From positions 117,118,001-117,182,000 of the forward strand of contig OZ024741.1 in the NCBI GenBank assembly GCA_964016885.1: a stretch of 64,000 nucleotides of DNA, given 5' to 3'. Below the pieces are notes generated by a model, which saw only the letters and a program-made list of their open reading frames with translations, did no database searches and was not told the DNA's origin. Within the stretch, counting starts at the first letter, position 1, and each line of letters opens with the position of its first letter. Below are positions 43,431-60,247 of this stretch, in pieces. Source of the DNA: Eledone cirrhosa. Its lineage: Eukaryota. The position numbers and the translations under genes were made by a program.

Positions 43431-43524
43431 GATTATTTCGAAGTGGAAACTAGTAGATTATAGTATCGATTTGAAATACTTTTTTTTTTGCCACTCCAGT
43501 CTTTTTTCTTTTCTGACACTCTTC

Positions 43525-43558
<34 letters not shown>

Positions 43559-43708
43559 AAAAAAAAATTCAAATCCTCCAAACTAGAATCTACAAGTTTC
43601 CCCCTCGAAATAATCCCCCTCGAGTCTTACGCATCCTCCCATCCTTCTCCGCCCCGCCTCCATTCACTCCTGGGCGGATTCAACCGGGATTTCCCGCAGC
43701 TCCGTCGT

Positions 43709-43820
43709 TACGGAAAATGGGTCGTATTTGAAGATCCATGACTCATCACCGGTGATGATTCTTCCTAGTAAGTCTGGTTCGATTTCATGCCGCCTGATAT
43801 CTTGACATACCTGCATGACC
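43709..43820 (-). pseudogene. Mariner transposase fragment
   Basis: Reverse complement translates EIEPDLLGRIITGDESWIFKYDP, the first catalytic Asp motif. Confidence 0.75.
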
Positions 43821-44023
43821 GGGAAAAACAGGGAAACGTAATGATGGAATAAAGTTTACCTTGTTAATTCGTTAATATGCCCAAATCCGAAGAGTTGTGT
43901 TCTGTTCAACTTCTAGCTGTACGATGTCATAACTATTGAATTATGATTATCACCAAAATATATATTGCAGCGAATATGAATAAACGAAGTTAATTTTAAC
44001 CTGTTGATTTACACTTCTTGTTT

Positions 44024-44114
<91 letters not shown>

Positions 44115-44297
44115 TTTTGAAAAGCATTTAGAAATGCGCAACCGGTAAAACTTAAAACCAAAACTGAATACTAACCAATACAATTACTAATTCTCATTTA
44201 TTCCTAATTAAACTATTTTTCACTGTGAACAATTTGTCAGCATTTTCTATTTCGTTTACCAATATATAATAACTTGTGTGTTACACCTCTATTCTTT

Positions 44298-44345
<48 letters not shown>

Positions 44346-44703
44346 TATATATTGTTATACTTTGGGAGGGTCATGTGTTGCCAATAAGAAACACACGCAC
44401 CATTTGCTTTCACTTCAATTTATTATATATTTATAAATTTATAAATTTACAAACTTATAAATTTCTGGTTGGTTGGTTGGTTCCACAACCAGATAGTTGT
44501 TTATATATAGTCATTGGAACCAACCAACCAACCAGAAATTTATAAGTTTGTAAATTTATAAATTTATAAATATATAATAAATTGAAGTGAAAGCAACTGG
44601 TGCGTGTGTTTCTTATTGGCAACATGACCCTCCCAAAGTATAACAATATCGGTTTCAACACACGATTTCAGATAAAGAATTTTGCTAAACAAATTCAGAA
44701 ACG

Positions 44704-44780
<77 letters not shown>

Positions 44781-44855
44781 ACCCACTCTACTACCCTAAG
44801 TATTGAGTAATTTGGTGCGTTATGGTCCACCTGGTTCCTTACCACATTTCCTTCG

Positions 44856-44936
<81 letters not shown>

Positions 44937-45230
44937 TATAACAGTGTGTTTGTGTGAGTGCGCGGGAGTGAGGGCTTATATGTGTGCGTGTGTGAGTGTG
45001 TTTTTAGACACCTGACCATAGCCATTGTTAGCTTAAGTGAAACTTAAAAACCAGGAGTGGCACCCCCAGTTTCAACTTCACTGTAGAATTCTTTCTGCCT
45101 TTGTTACTCTAAATATAGTTTTTAAAGAATTCCCTTTTCTTTAAACCCATCAACCAATGACCTCCACCCATCCCAATAACCACCCTCTCCTACCACCAGA
45201 AAAGATATAAATAACACCACATGACAGTCG

Positions 45231-45275
45231 GTATCCTGATGATTTCTCCCGAATGAAACAGTTCTAGTCCTATAG
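45231..45275 (+). ncRNA. Degenerate hammerhead remnant
   Basis: CUGAUGA-t-ttc-tccc-gaa-t-GAAA...GUC is present but stem I does not pair. Followed by a tactc...gagtac hairpin and (TA)n. Confidence 0.35.
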
Positions 45276-45360
45276 AAGCCTATTCTATATTAAATATTTA
45301 TACTCTGCTTTGTATTGAGTACCTTATTTACTGTGGTTACCCCCGATTGAACCCGGGATA

Positions 45361-45406
<46 letters not shown>

Positions 45407-45854
45407 TTGACAGACTGGGTCTAAAAATATTGGTTGCCAGGAGGAGACAAAGGGGCCCACACACAACTACAATACTATCATCTCATTTTTATATCGAATA
45501 AATAAAATTTTTTAAAAGATCCTTTCTATTTCTGTGCATGCAATTGACCGTAAAATTGTAAAGTAAAAATACGGATTATAGAATATATTAAACATTTCTC
45601 ACCTTCTCCAATAAAAAAGATCTTGTGAAGCCGAAGGACGCTATAGCCACAGATAGACCTTCTTCTACATTCTACCTTCTTCTAGTTAGCAAAACCAGAA
45701 ATGTGATAAATAATTAAGTATTGCATATGATTGAAAAATATGTATTGTAGTCAGCATATGTAGACGATTATAATAGACACGAAACATATGTTAAAGCAAA
45801 TAAATTCCTAATCTCCTTTCACGCCGATATTATATTTTTCTTGGTGCAATACTT

Positions 45855-45924
<70 letters not shown>

Positions 45925-46173
45925 TCGAACTCATGTAAAAGTCGACCCTAGTATGCTTAATTGTTGTATTTGTTTTTTTCCCTTAACTTTTTATTCTTTC
46001 TCTAGGACTTCTGATATTTTCTTTGAAAGCAATATTTTATGTATTGGACCCTAAAATACTACCGTGGTGGCCACTTGCCATCAGACACTGTATATATATA
46101 TATATATACATATAGTGGTAGAACACTGGAAGGTAATATCCGTAGTGGTAGAGCACTCAGTCCATGGGACGAG

Positions 46174-46225
<52 letters not shown>

Positions 46226-46495
46226 ATACTTTGGGAGGGTCATGTTGCCAATAAGAAACACACGCACCAGTTGCTTTCACAATATCGGTTTCAACACACG
46301 ATTTCAGATAAAGAATCTTGCTAAACAAATTCAGAAACGAAATATATATATATATATATATATGACGTAACTTCTAACGATCAGCGACTTTTAAACACAC
46401 CGAACTAATTAAATAATTGTTAATACTTTAAATAAACCCTATTGTACAGCCGACCATGTTATTCTTGATTCTTTTACTATATATATATATGTGTA

Positions 46496-46569
<74 letters not shown>

Positions 46570-47400
46570 GTATATAAATGTATACATAAGAAGTATAGCT
46601 GGATATAAAATGTTAGTTTTTAAATGTACATACACACACGGATGAATATGCAAATTTGTATATAGAAACACAGAATTTTAGATGTTTATAGAATAAATAC
46701 CGACATCACTTTTTTAAACACACTCACACGCAAACAAACACACAAAAACACATACACACGGGTGAATATGTGTGTGAACGAGCGTATTTATTATTTACAT
46801 ATCTATATCTAAGTCGAAATCCTTGTCTTTCTGTCTTAAGGGAAGCGATGAAAAGGTATTTAACACACCGTTATACTTACCAGCCTTCATTCCAAGTTAT
46901 TCTTATGGTTTGTCGGAGCAAGCCTCACGCGATCCAACGCCCAAAGTATATAAGATAGCAGAACAATCCTATTCCTTTGAAGTTTATATAATACGATAAA
47001 GCAAGAAAAACTAACGCAATAAAAAACAAAACGAATAAGCATGATATATAATATAATTTGAAAGGATCTTGATATGAATAATTTTTTACTACGTCCATGT
47101 AATGTATTTGCGTATATATATATATATACACACAGACACAGACACACATATTTATAAATATATATGTGTGTGTGTCTGTGTGTACACATATATGTATACA
47201 TATATATATATGTGTGTGTATGTATTATGTATGTATGTAATTCTGATGATGTAAATTCTTCAGTATTTCTTAAAGTACAGATACGTGCACATTAAGTACT
47301 GCGATAGATTTACTCGAATTTCCACTTCCCTAAGATTGGTGTCCTTACACAGAATATCTACCTCTCTCTCTCTCTTTCTCCCCCCCCCCTCTCTCTCTAC

Positions 47401-47438
<38 letters not shown>

Positions 47439-47551
47439 ATGTGTGTGTGTGTGTGTGTGTGTATGTAAAAGGTAAACAGAAATAACAACACAATCGGTAT
47501 GGTATATGGAAGGAATATATTAGGTTAATGCTTGAAATAGCAGGAAGAGGG

Positions 47552-47587
47552 TCTTAACGTTTCGGAAGCTAGTCCTTCATCAGAAGA
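47552..47587 (-). ncRNA. Minimal Penelope-type hammerhead
   Basis: Reverse complement: tctt-CUGAUGA-a-gga-ctagct-tcc-GAAA-cg-UU-aaga. Confidence 0.75.
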
Positions 47588-47918
47588 AAGAATGAGAAAT
47601 TAGATAGATTGAAAGGACGGGCGGTTGGAATTGGAAAAAATGTCTTTAGATAAATATAACAGGTCCATTCATGTTGACATCTCTTGGAAACATATATATA
47701 TATATATATATGTGCAAAAGTTGTATTTAATTTGTTGGGATTCAACAAGTTTAAAAGTTTTATAACTGATATAAAGCACTCAACAGTTTACTGGAGTAAA
47801 TATTCAATATATTAATAAAGCGAAACTATATTTATAAAACCATAATTATTGACGGAGAACCTTCAACCGTCAATGTTGTTTTTCTGCGGCTATGTCAACA
47901 TTTATAAAACAAATTTTG

Positions 47919-47984
47919 TATTTTATCTGATGAAAGCGCACCAAAATTTGCCTTGGTTGCCCTTGAAATATATATAATAAAATA
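47919..47984 (+). ncRNA. Type I hammerhead in TA-flanked element 47711-48027
   Basis: tattttat-CUGAUGA-aagcgcaccaa...ttggttgccctt-GAAA-tatata-UA-ataaaata. Confidence 0.8.
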
Positions 47985-48022
47985 ATTATGGTTTTATAAA
48001 TATAGTTTCCATTTATTAATAT

Positions 48023-48132
<110 letters not shown>

Positions 48133-48279
48133 GATAGATAAATATTTACGGGTGTGTATGATTGTGTATAGAAGATTATATTAATAAAAGGAATTCCAAC
48201 TTTGTCTGATTTACTCGTTTTATTTACAATCCTTTAAAATTTATAATGGTATTAGAATGAAATAGTATGAACAAGTAAT

Positions 48280-48318
48280 TGAACAAGTACTTTCATGCTT
48301 TCGCAATCTTCAGGTTCA
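48280..48318 (-). ncRNA. Minimal type I hammerhead
   Basis: Reverse complement: tgaac-CUGAAGA-t-tgc-gaaa-gca-t-GAAA-gtac-UU-gttca. Confidence 0.85.
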
Positions 48319-48458
48319 TAATGTGTGGTGACAGTCAAGTTTGCAATTTTCAACTATATATATATATATATATGCAAAGAGATATTTAATTTGTTGGTGA
48401 TTCAACAAATTTATTTATAACAGATTCGAAGCACTCTACAATTTTTCTGGAGTATAAT

Positions 48459-48809
48459 ATCAATGATATTAATTAATGGAAACTATATTTACAAAACCAT
48501 ATTTATTTTATTATATATATTTCAAGAGCACCAAAATTTTGGTACGCTTTCATCAGATAAAATACAAAATTTGTTTTATAAATGGTGACATACCCAAGAA
48601 ACCAGACCTTATTGCTTCAGGTTCAGTTTGGACTTTCCAAACTGAACCTGAACCAATAAGGTCTGGTTTCTTGGGTATGTCACCATTTATAAAACAAATT
48701 TTGTATTTTATCTGATGAAAGCGTACCAAAATTTTGGTGCCTTTGAAATATATATAATAAAATAAATATGCTTTTATAAATATAGTTTCCATTTATTAAT
48801 ATCATTGAT
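48459..48809. repeat. ~350-bp near-perfect palindrome (centre 48634) with HHRs at 48504-48564 (-) and 48704-48764 (+)
   Basis: Arms are reverse complements around a 3-nt loop. Each arm reads tattttat-CUGAUGA-...-GAAA-tatata-UA-ataaaata. Confidence 0.9.
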
Positions 48810-48827
48810 ATGTATATATATATATAT

Positions 48828-49586
48828 AATATAAGATCAAAAGATGGTTAAAAGAGTTCCATGTATTTTATTATGCGCATTTCAAAAACAAACATCATCA
48901 TGCAATAATACTTGTGTTTTCATCAGATAAAACAGGAGAACATGATATGAAGGCTAAAAAACACTTGTGGATAGTGCAGTTTTAAATCAACATATGAAAA
49001 GTGGTTTTAGATTGATGTGTGATATTGGGAAAAATATTTTATTTAGAGAGGGGGGGGGAAGGATGAAAAAGGGAAGGAGATGAGAGGGAGAGATGGGTGA
49101 TAGAGAGAAAGAGATAGTTTTTATAACTGAGAGAAGATATATTGTTTTACATAGAGAGGTTGAAAACCGTTGGAAGATAATGTATAAATTAAAAGAATTT
49201 GAAAATTAGCGAAGGGAAAGATATGTACGAGGAAAAAATATTTTATTTAGGGAGGGAGGGGGTGGAAAGGATGAAAAAAGGGGGAGATGAGAGTGAAGGT
49301 GGAGAGGGAGAGATGGGTGATAGAGAGAAAGAGATAGTTTTTATAACTGCACTATCCACAAGTGTTTTTTAGCCTTCATATCATGTTCTCCTGTTTTATC
49401 TGATGAAAACACAAGTATTATTGCATGATGATGTTTGTTTTTGAAATGCGCATAATAAAATACATGGAACTCCTTTAACCATCTTTTGATCTTATATTAT
49501 GTATACTCCAGTCCTACAAACTGTAGAGTGCTTCTTATCCGATATCTGCATTGCTTTATTGTACTACAATAAAACTCACCTCCTAC

Positions 49587-49590
<4 letters not shown>
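48828..49590 (+). mobile_element. Inverted-pLTR element with HHRs at 48864-48934 (-) and 49392-49462 (+)
   Basis: Arms 48828-48981 / 49345-49498. HHR tgttttat-CUGAUGA-aaac...tttt-GAAA-tgcgca-UA-ataaaata. Tail starts tactccag...gagtgctt. Confidence 0.8.
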
Positions 49591-49645
<55 letters not shown>

Positions 49646-49740
49646 GTAGAACACTGGAAGGTAATATCCGTATTGGTAGAGCACTCAGTCCATGGGACGA
49701 GTTAGGTAGAAGTGGTTACACAACAGTTAGTTCACCATAC

Positions 49741-49778
49741 CGAGAACAGTTGTTTCACCTTAGCGGATCCTCAGCTCG
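49741..49778 (-). ncRNA. Hammerhead in a solo Penelope pLTR (49641-49970, same family as 24768)
   Basis: Reverse complement: cgag-CUGAGGA-t-cc-gctaa-gg-t-GAAA-caactg-UU-ctcg. Confidence 0.75.
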
Positions 49779-50001
49779 TAATGGGCATGGTTATGCGGAA
49801 CAGGAAGGACAACCGTACGAACGCGCATGCGCAGAAACCCGTCACTTCACACATCCAATACTAAAATGCGTGCGGGAGGTGTAAGGGAGATAACTGCGAA
49901 AGTCCGAAAAGTGTTTAGTTGATAAGAAAAAATATTGATGTTACAATAATTCATTCAATCTGGAGCCTCCCCCATTTCCCCCTAACTCTTGTGTAACCAC
50001 T

Positions 50002-50052
<51 letters not shown>

Positions 50053-50968
50053 TATGTACACATGTATATGTACACATATATGTATGTGTGTGTGTATGTA
50101 TTATGAATAATCATAAACGGAATCATTTTCCTACACACACACACAATATATATATTCTCTTCATCTTAACATGCTAACCATACTCGCACACACACATAAC
50201 CCCCCCCACACACACACACAACTCCCTCCCCCATTTCTACTAATAAAATCACTTTTCTACACACATACACACACACAAAAAATATATATATTCTCTCCAT
50301 CTTAACATACTTACACACACATTAACACCCATACACACACACACAACTCCCTCCCCCATTTCTACTGAACCAGAACAATTCTCCCCATCCCATTTCTCTT
50401 GACCATTATCTTTTGTTTGTCATAAAATTCTCTAAAAGGCTACAAAATAAATTCCCAAATACGAGCGCTAAATTTAATGAATTTGTTCACGTGACAGTGA
50501 TAATTTCATTTAGAACCAATCAAATTACATTTATTAAAAAAAAAAGCCTACGTGAGCCACTTTTATTAAGTAAAAAGAAATTCAAACAAACTGGCGCGAA
50601 AGCTGATGTGCTTATTCACGTGACTGCATCAACCAACCAAACTTCACTCATATATGCAAAAACAACCTGCCCCCCCCCCCCCTTGTTTGAAGAACTTTGT
50701 AACGTGAACTGGCACGAAATTTATTATACTTATTCACCAACTAATAGAATTACTTCTCTAAAAATCTGGCGTTTCGAGCCTCTTTTTTCCATATAAAACA
50801 AGTAACATTCAAAGACCAACCAGTTGTGAGAAAAACCACCGACCCTCCATCTCAACTCTACTTTTGAAAAGCAGAAGAACTGCGAAACCGGTAAAGAAAC
50901 CAAATAAATATATATATATATATTTTAAATAAGACTCCAGTTGCATTTTCGATTTCATCTTTTTTCCT

Positions 50969-51058
<90 letters not shown>

Positions 51059-51568
51059 CTTCGGGAGGGTCATATTGTTGTAATATTATTGCCAGAAATA
51101 ATAACAGAACACACTCACTGTTTGGTTGGTTTTCGCTTCTGCATCTCCATAGTTAATTCATTTGGCCATCAATGTTTATCATTGATTGACCAACGGTCAA
51201 AAATATAGATATAAACACATATATATAGTTTAACAAAGTTCTTTCGTTGCACATCTACAACATCATCAGTGGTACTATCATGTTCCCTCCTGTTGTATTG
51301 TATGTCTACGCCATTTTTATTTTATCTGTTTATTTATTTATTTTGTTGTCTTCTCTGCACATGCGTTTGCGTATGTGTATAGTGTTTGGTGTGTGTGTTC
51401 GTGTTTTGGTTATTGTATTCTATGTTTGTTTATTAGTGTGTGTTTATATGTGTTTGTTGTTATTGTGCTTGTGTATATATTTATTTATTTATTTATTTAT
51501 ATTTCTCTTATCTGTTTCGACACACGATTTCATATCAAAAACCTAGCAAAACGAATTCACCGCCGTCA

Positions 51569-51725
<157 letters not shown>

Positions 51726-51983
51726 GAGAGAGAATTAGTATATTACCAACATATATATACAGATGCATACCTATGCTAGCAAATATATAGGTTTTGTCTT
51801 AGTAACTTTGTGGTTCAATGCAAGGGGATGCAGAACAATAATATGAAAGACGTAAAATAAGAAAATTGTGATTTTTTCAATGTCTTGGAACTTAGTCCAC
51901 GCTTTGCTTTTTTCCATGCACTGAATTATTTTTGTATAAGTTCCCTGTGTCCACGCATTGCCTGGGAACTTAGCTGAGAATAG

Positions 51984-52066
51984 ACTTCCCTGATGACGAA
52001 AGGATTTCTCCGTGGGTTTCTTCGGAAACCATGTTTATTCCCTTTCAGAAACTAATTAGTTGCAGT
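51984..52066 (+). ncRNA. Type I hammerhead in a divergent relative (51733-52116) of the 9011-9902 element
   Basis: CUGAUGA-c-gaaagg...cctttc-a-GAAA-ctaattag-UU. Stem I partly mismatched. Confidence 0.75.
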
Positions 52067-52110
52067 GAAATTTTAGTAAGTTAATTTTTATAATTTTCTA
52101 ATTTTACGTC

Positions 52111-52140
<30 letters not shown>

Positions 52141-52146
<6 letters not shown>

Positions 52147-55100
52147 GAGAGGTATAGAGATTGTTTTAGCAAGAAGCTAACGGCATTCTATAACATATAT
52201 GCGACTATAACGTCAAGATGGGAAAAGTAGTTAACGAAAGATTTAGGAAAAATAACTCAAACTCATCTCAAAAGAGAATCAGGATATAAATTCATCCACA
52301 GAATTTAGCAAAATCCAGGGAAAATCTATAGACCTTTAACTCATGATAAAATAAAGTTTGAAACACTTATCCTTCAATTTGGAATAACATCAAATGCTCT
52401 GTATAGTCTTAAAAGACTATTTCATGAAAACTTTCAGTGGAGATGGTCACGGTTGGAATTTCAATCATCAGCAGAGCTCAACAGAAAACCAGGGCTCTCA
52501 CAGTAATATAATCCGAAAAAGGGAATTCTAAAACTGGCTAGTTCGCCTTCATGTGTATTTATGAAAAAGCACATGAGGAAAAAACGGGGCTAGTGACGTC
52601 AGGATGGAAGTGAATGTTTATTTACAAGAAATAGCAGTCAAATACATTCTGAAAAAAACTCTACAAAGGAGTTCAGCAAAATAGCAATATTATCACAGTT
52701 TTTATGAAAAAAACCGGGATTAGTCACAGATAGTTTAAGCACTCTAGGAAAAGAATCCGAGTATAAATATAAATGAGAGGTATAGAGATTGTTTTAGCAA
52801 GAAGCTAACGGCATTCTATAACATATATGCGACTATAACGTCAAGATGGGAAAAGTAGTTAACGAAAGATTTAGGAAAAATAACTCAAACTCATCTCAAA
52901 AGAGAATCAGGATATAAATTCATCCACAGAATTTAGCAAAATCCAGGGAAAATCTATAGACCTTTAACTCATGATAAAATAAAGTTTGAAACACTTATCC
53001 TTCAATTTGGAATAACATCAAATGCTCTGTATAGTCTTAAAAGACTATTTCATGAAAACTTTCAGTGGAGATGGTCACGGTTGGAATTTCAATCATCAGC
53101 AGAGCTCAACAGAAAACCAGGGCTCTCACAGTAATATAATCCGAAAAAGGGAATTCTAAAACTGGCTAGTTCGCCTTCATGTGTATTTATGAAAAAGCAC
53201 ATGAGGAAAAAACGGGGCTAGTGACGTCAGGATGGAAGTGAATGTTTATTTATAAGAAATAGCAGTCAAATACATTCTGAAAAAAACTCTACAAAGGAGT
53301 TCAGCAAAATAGCAATATTATCACAGTTTTTATGAAAAAAACCGGGATTAGTCACAGATAGTTTAAGCACTCTAGGAAAAGAATCCGAGTATAAATATAA
53401 ATGAGAGGTATAGAGATTGTTTTAGCAAGAAGCTAACGGCATTCTATAACATATATGCGACTATAACGTCAAGATGGGAAAAGTAGTTAACGAAAGATTT
53501 AGGAAAAATAACTCAAACTCATCTCAAAAGAGAATCAGGATATAAATTCATCCACAGAATTTAGCAAAATCCAGGGAAAATCTATAGACCTTTAACTCAT
53601 GATAAAATAAAGTTTGAAACACTTATCCTTCAATTTGGAATAACATCAAATGCTCTGTATAGTCTTAAAAGACTATTTCATGAAAACTTTCAGTGGAGAT
53701 GGTCACGGTTGGAATTTCAATCATCAGCAGAGCTCAACAGAAAACCAGGGCTCTCACAGTAATATAATCCGAAAAAGGGAATTCTAAAACTGGCTAGTTC
53801 GCCTTCATGTGTATTTATGAAAAAGCACATGAGGAAAAAACGGGGCTAGTGACGTCAGGATGGAAGTGAATGTTTATTTACAAGAAATAGCAGTCAAATA
53901 CATTCTGAAAAAAACTCTACAAAGGAGTTCAGCAAAATAGCAATATTATCACAGTTTTTATGAAAAAAACCGGGATTAGTCACAGATAGTTTAAGCACTC
54001 TAGGAAAAGAATCCGAGTATAAATATAAATGAGAGGTATAGAGATTGTTTTAGCAAGAAGCTAACGGCATTCTATAACATATATGCGACTATAACGTCAA
54101 GATGGGAAAAGTAGTTAACGAAAGATTTAGGAAAAATAACTCAAACTCATCTCAAAAGAGAATCAGGATATAAATTCATCCACAGAATTTAGCAAAATCC
54201 AGGGAAAATCTATAGACCTTTAACTCATGATAAAATAAAGTTTGAAACACTTATCCTTCAATTTGGAATAACATCAAATGCTCTGTATAGTCTTAAAAGA
54301 CTATTTCATGAAAACTTTCAGTGGAGATGGTCACGGTTGGAATTTCAATCATCAGCAGAGCTCAACAGAAAACCAGGGCTCTCACAGTAATATAATCCGA
54401 AAAAGGGAATTCTAAAACTGGCTAGTTCGCCTTCATGTGTATTTATGAAAATGCACATGAGGAAAAAACGGGGCTAGTGACGTCAGGATGGAAGTGAATG
54501 TTTATTTACAAGAAATAGCAGTCAAATACATTCTGAAAAAAACTCTACAAAGGAGTTCAGCAAAATAGCAATATTATCACAGTTTTTATGAAAAAAACCG
54601 GGATTAGTCACAGATAGTTTAAGCACTCTAGGAAAAGAATCCGAGTATAAATATAAATGAGAGGTATAGAGATTGTTTTAGCAAGAAGCTAACGGCATTC
54701 TATAACATATATGCGACTATAACGTCAAGATGGGAAAAGTAGTTAACGAAAGATTTAGGAAAAATAACTCAAACTCATCTCAAAAGAGAATCAGGATATA
54801 AATTCATCCACAGAATTTAGCAAAATCCAGGGAAAATCTATAGACCTTTAACTCATGATAAAATAAAGTTTGAAACACTTATCCTTCAATTTGGAATAAC
54901 ATCAAATGCTCTGTATAGTCTTAAAAGACTATTTCATGAAAACTTTCAGTGGAGATGGTCACGGTTGGAATTTCAATCATCAGCAGAGCTCAACAGAAAA
55001 CCAGGGCTCTCACAGTAATATAATCCGAAAAAGGGAATTCTAAAACTGGCTAGTTCGCCTTCATGTGTATTTATGAAAAAGCACATGAGGAAAAAACGGG

Positions 55101-55312
55101 GCTAGTGACGTCAGGATGGAAGTGAATGTTTATTTACAAGAAATAGCAGTCAAATACATTCTGAAAAAAACTCTACAAAGGAGTTCAGCAAAATAGCAAT
55201 ATTATCACAGTTTTTATGAAAAAAACCGGGATTAGTCACAGATAGTTTAAGCACTCTAGGAAAAGAATCCGAGTATAAATATAAATGAGAGGTATAGAGA
55301 TTGTTTTAGCAA
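52141..55312 (-). mobile_element. Tandem array of 5 x 628-bp units plus ~30 bp; non-LTR retrozyme-like element
   Basis: aaatgagagg recurs at 52143, 52771, 53399, 54027, 54655 and 55283. One HHR per unit, no ORF of 60 aa or more, flanked by (TA)n. Confidence 0.9.
52396..52477 (-). ncRNA. Canonical type I hammerhead (also at 53024-53105, 53652-53733, 54280-54361, 54908-54989)
   Basis: Reverse complement: gctctg-CUGAUGA-t-tgaaa...tttca-t-GAAA-tagtctt-tt-aagacta-UA-cagagc. Confidence 0.92.
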
Positions 55313-55314
55313 TC

Positions 55315-58130
<2,816 letters not shown>

Positions 58131-58180
58131 GGGTTTGGGTATTTTTTTAATCCATTTCGTTTTCCATAATTATGTGGCAG

Positions 58181-58211
<31 letters not shown>

Positions 58212-58280
58212 GGAAAAAATGAAACGAAATTTCATTTCTCACTCTTAGTACGGCTTAGTACGGCTGTACGTATACATACT

Positions 58281-58312
<32 letters not shown>

Positions 58313-58360
58313 TATACATATATATATATACATATATATATATGTATATATATATATATT

Positions 58361-58417
<57 letters not shown>

Positions 58418-58664
58418 ATGTATCCCTAAAGAATATGCTAAAAGTGTGAGAGAGAAGTAGGAGAGGAAACAATTTTAAATGTTTCCAGAATCACTTATTC
58501 TTTTTCATTAAGGTTTTTTATCAATTCTGAAAATTTGGTGGAAGCCTGACAAAACGACCCTTTGCTACCTTTGGGTTTACTTGCTCGATTGCAAACATTT
58601 GGATCATATTTCGTGTTCATTGGGTTGGGTATTTTTTTAATCCATTTCGCTTTCCATCATTATG

Positions 58665-58848
58665 TGGCAGTATCGGTAGAGGATCGGACGCCATGCTTTG
58701 TAGCATAGAGTTACGCCCTTTTACGGTCTGAGTTCAAATCCCGCCGAGGTTAACTTTGCCTTTCATCCTCACAGGATCGATAAAATAAAGTACCATTAAT
58801 ACACTGGGATAATTACTGGCCTTGTGCCAAAAGTAGAAACTATTATTA
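58665..58848 (+). mobile_element. tRNA-derived SINE
   Basis: Full family copy. Confidence 0.85.
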
Positions 58849-58899
58849 TGGCTATTAACCAGAATTATGCTATTCTCTGAGTTGATCTCCATTCCGTAT

Positions 58900-59194
58900 A
58901 CTCCTGTTACGTTTTCCAGTCTCGTTGTGACTCCTGGAGTTCTGCTTCCCTGCTTCCTAATTTGTGAATGTCATTAGTAAAGCGCAAAATCGAAATGGAC
59001 CATCCTCCAATGGAAACAGAGGTGTGGAATTCTTGTAGTGTTTGTTGCATGATGATCTCCAGGAAAATGTTGAAAAGCACAAAAGAAAAGTCACATCTTT
59101 GTCGATTTCCCATTGTTGTCCAGAAGAATTCTCTGATGACGTCTCCAGCAGGAAAGGTCTTAGACCTAGCTATATTTATACTAGAGTTGAACAT
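58900..59194 (-). pseudogene. RTE-clade RT fragment
   Basis: G.RQ.C..S.VLFNIFLEIIM...SIGG..ISILRF.NDI. Confidence 0.7.
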
Positions 59195-60247
59195 TTGAGG
59201 TGCGAAGATGAACTCAGTTTGGTTGTGAGTCCAGCTACTAGGCGTATACCATATTGTTTTTCATGAGAGCTCATGTACGAACAGTGTGTTGGCTAGGGTC
59301 AGCTTTTGAGTACTTGCATATTCTAGGAGTCGGAGTCCTCAATTGTTGGTTCCTTCAATCTCAAATCGGACACAATCCACTATTTTATACACGTTTTTTT
59401 TTCATCCTACCCCGATTTTCCAAACCATATTACTCACTTACCCTCAATTCAATATATTATTCATGATTTTACTTGAAATTTTACCCACAAACCTACAAAC
59501 CAATTCTGCTCACTTTATTACCCACAATTTCTACCCAGGAATGTATCTGTCTATACTCACGATTTTAACAATTATTCAATATTCTGGCCACATTTTTACC
59601 AACAATTAACTCTCGATTTTAACCAGAATCTATTTGGCAGTGAATATTCAAAAAAATTGACATAGATAGAGATCCAGAATAATCCATTAACATGGAGTGT
59701 AAAATATTATACCCTCAGTTAGAAGGAAAGGTATGCGGATTTATACCATGGAGAGGAATGGGATCCGCCAGATGTTGACGCCCGAAACACGATGTATGTC
59801 AATGACGATGCCCTTACGCCTGTAATTAAGAGCTCAATGAAGGACGGAAGGAAATAAGGGAGATATGTGTATGTAGGCGTGTGTGTGTGGGATGAGGATA
59901 AGTTTGTGTGACTATGGGGTCTTTACTAATAGCAAAGTAACAAAGCAAAAATTGTTACGGTCATACAGCATACGTGAATATAACTATAAAAACTTCTATG
60001 AGTTAACCGGTCATTAATTTGGAGGGTTCGGGTGTTGAACGTTTTGCCAATAAAGATCCTTTCCGACCTAGTGTAAAGAGTGCGAACAACAGGCCATTAG
60101 AAAATGAAGCTCTAAAGGTCTCGAACTGTTAAGGATTAATGGATTAGGAACGCTAGCATTCCAAGCCAAACATAAACAACTAACAAGGAAATATGAAAAG
60201 TTCTAATTTAAAAAATTCAAACCGTAAAGCAGATTGTCTTTAATATA

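Noticed and set aside
51190-51273. Minus-strand CUGAUGA-gttg..caac-GAAA
   Set aside because: No stem III or UH site in register; probably a disrupted HHR.
52141-55312. CRISPR array, plain satellite or viroid-like ambisense genome
   Set aside because: No spacers or cas genes. The embedded HHR argues against a plain satellite. No plus-strand ribozyme or ORF was found.
59126-59172. CUGAUGA...GAAA-ggtc-tta-gacc-UA motif
   Set aside because: Stem I does not pair, stem II is poor, and it lies antisense within an RTE coding fragment; likely chance.
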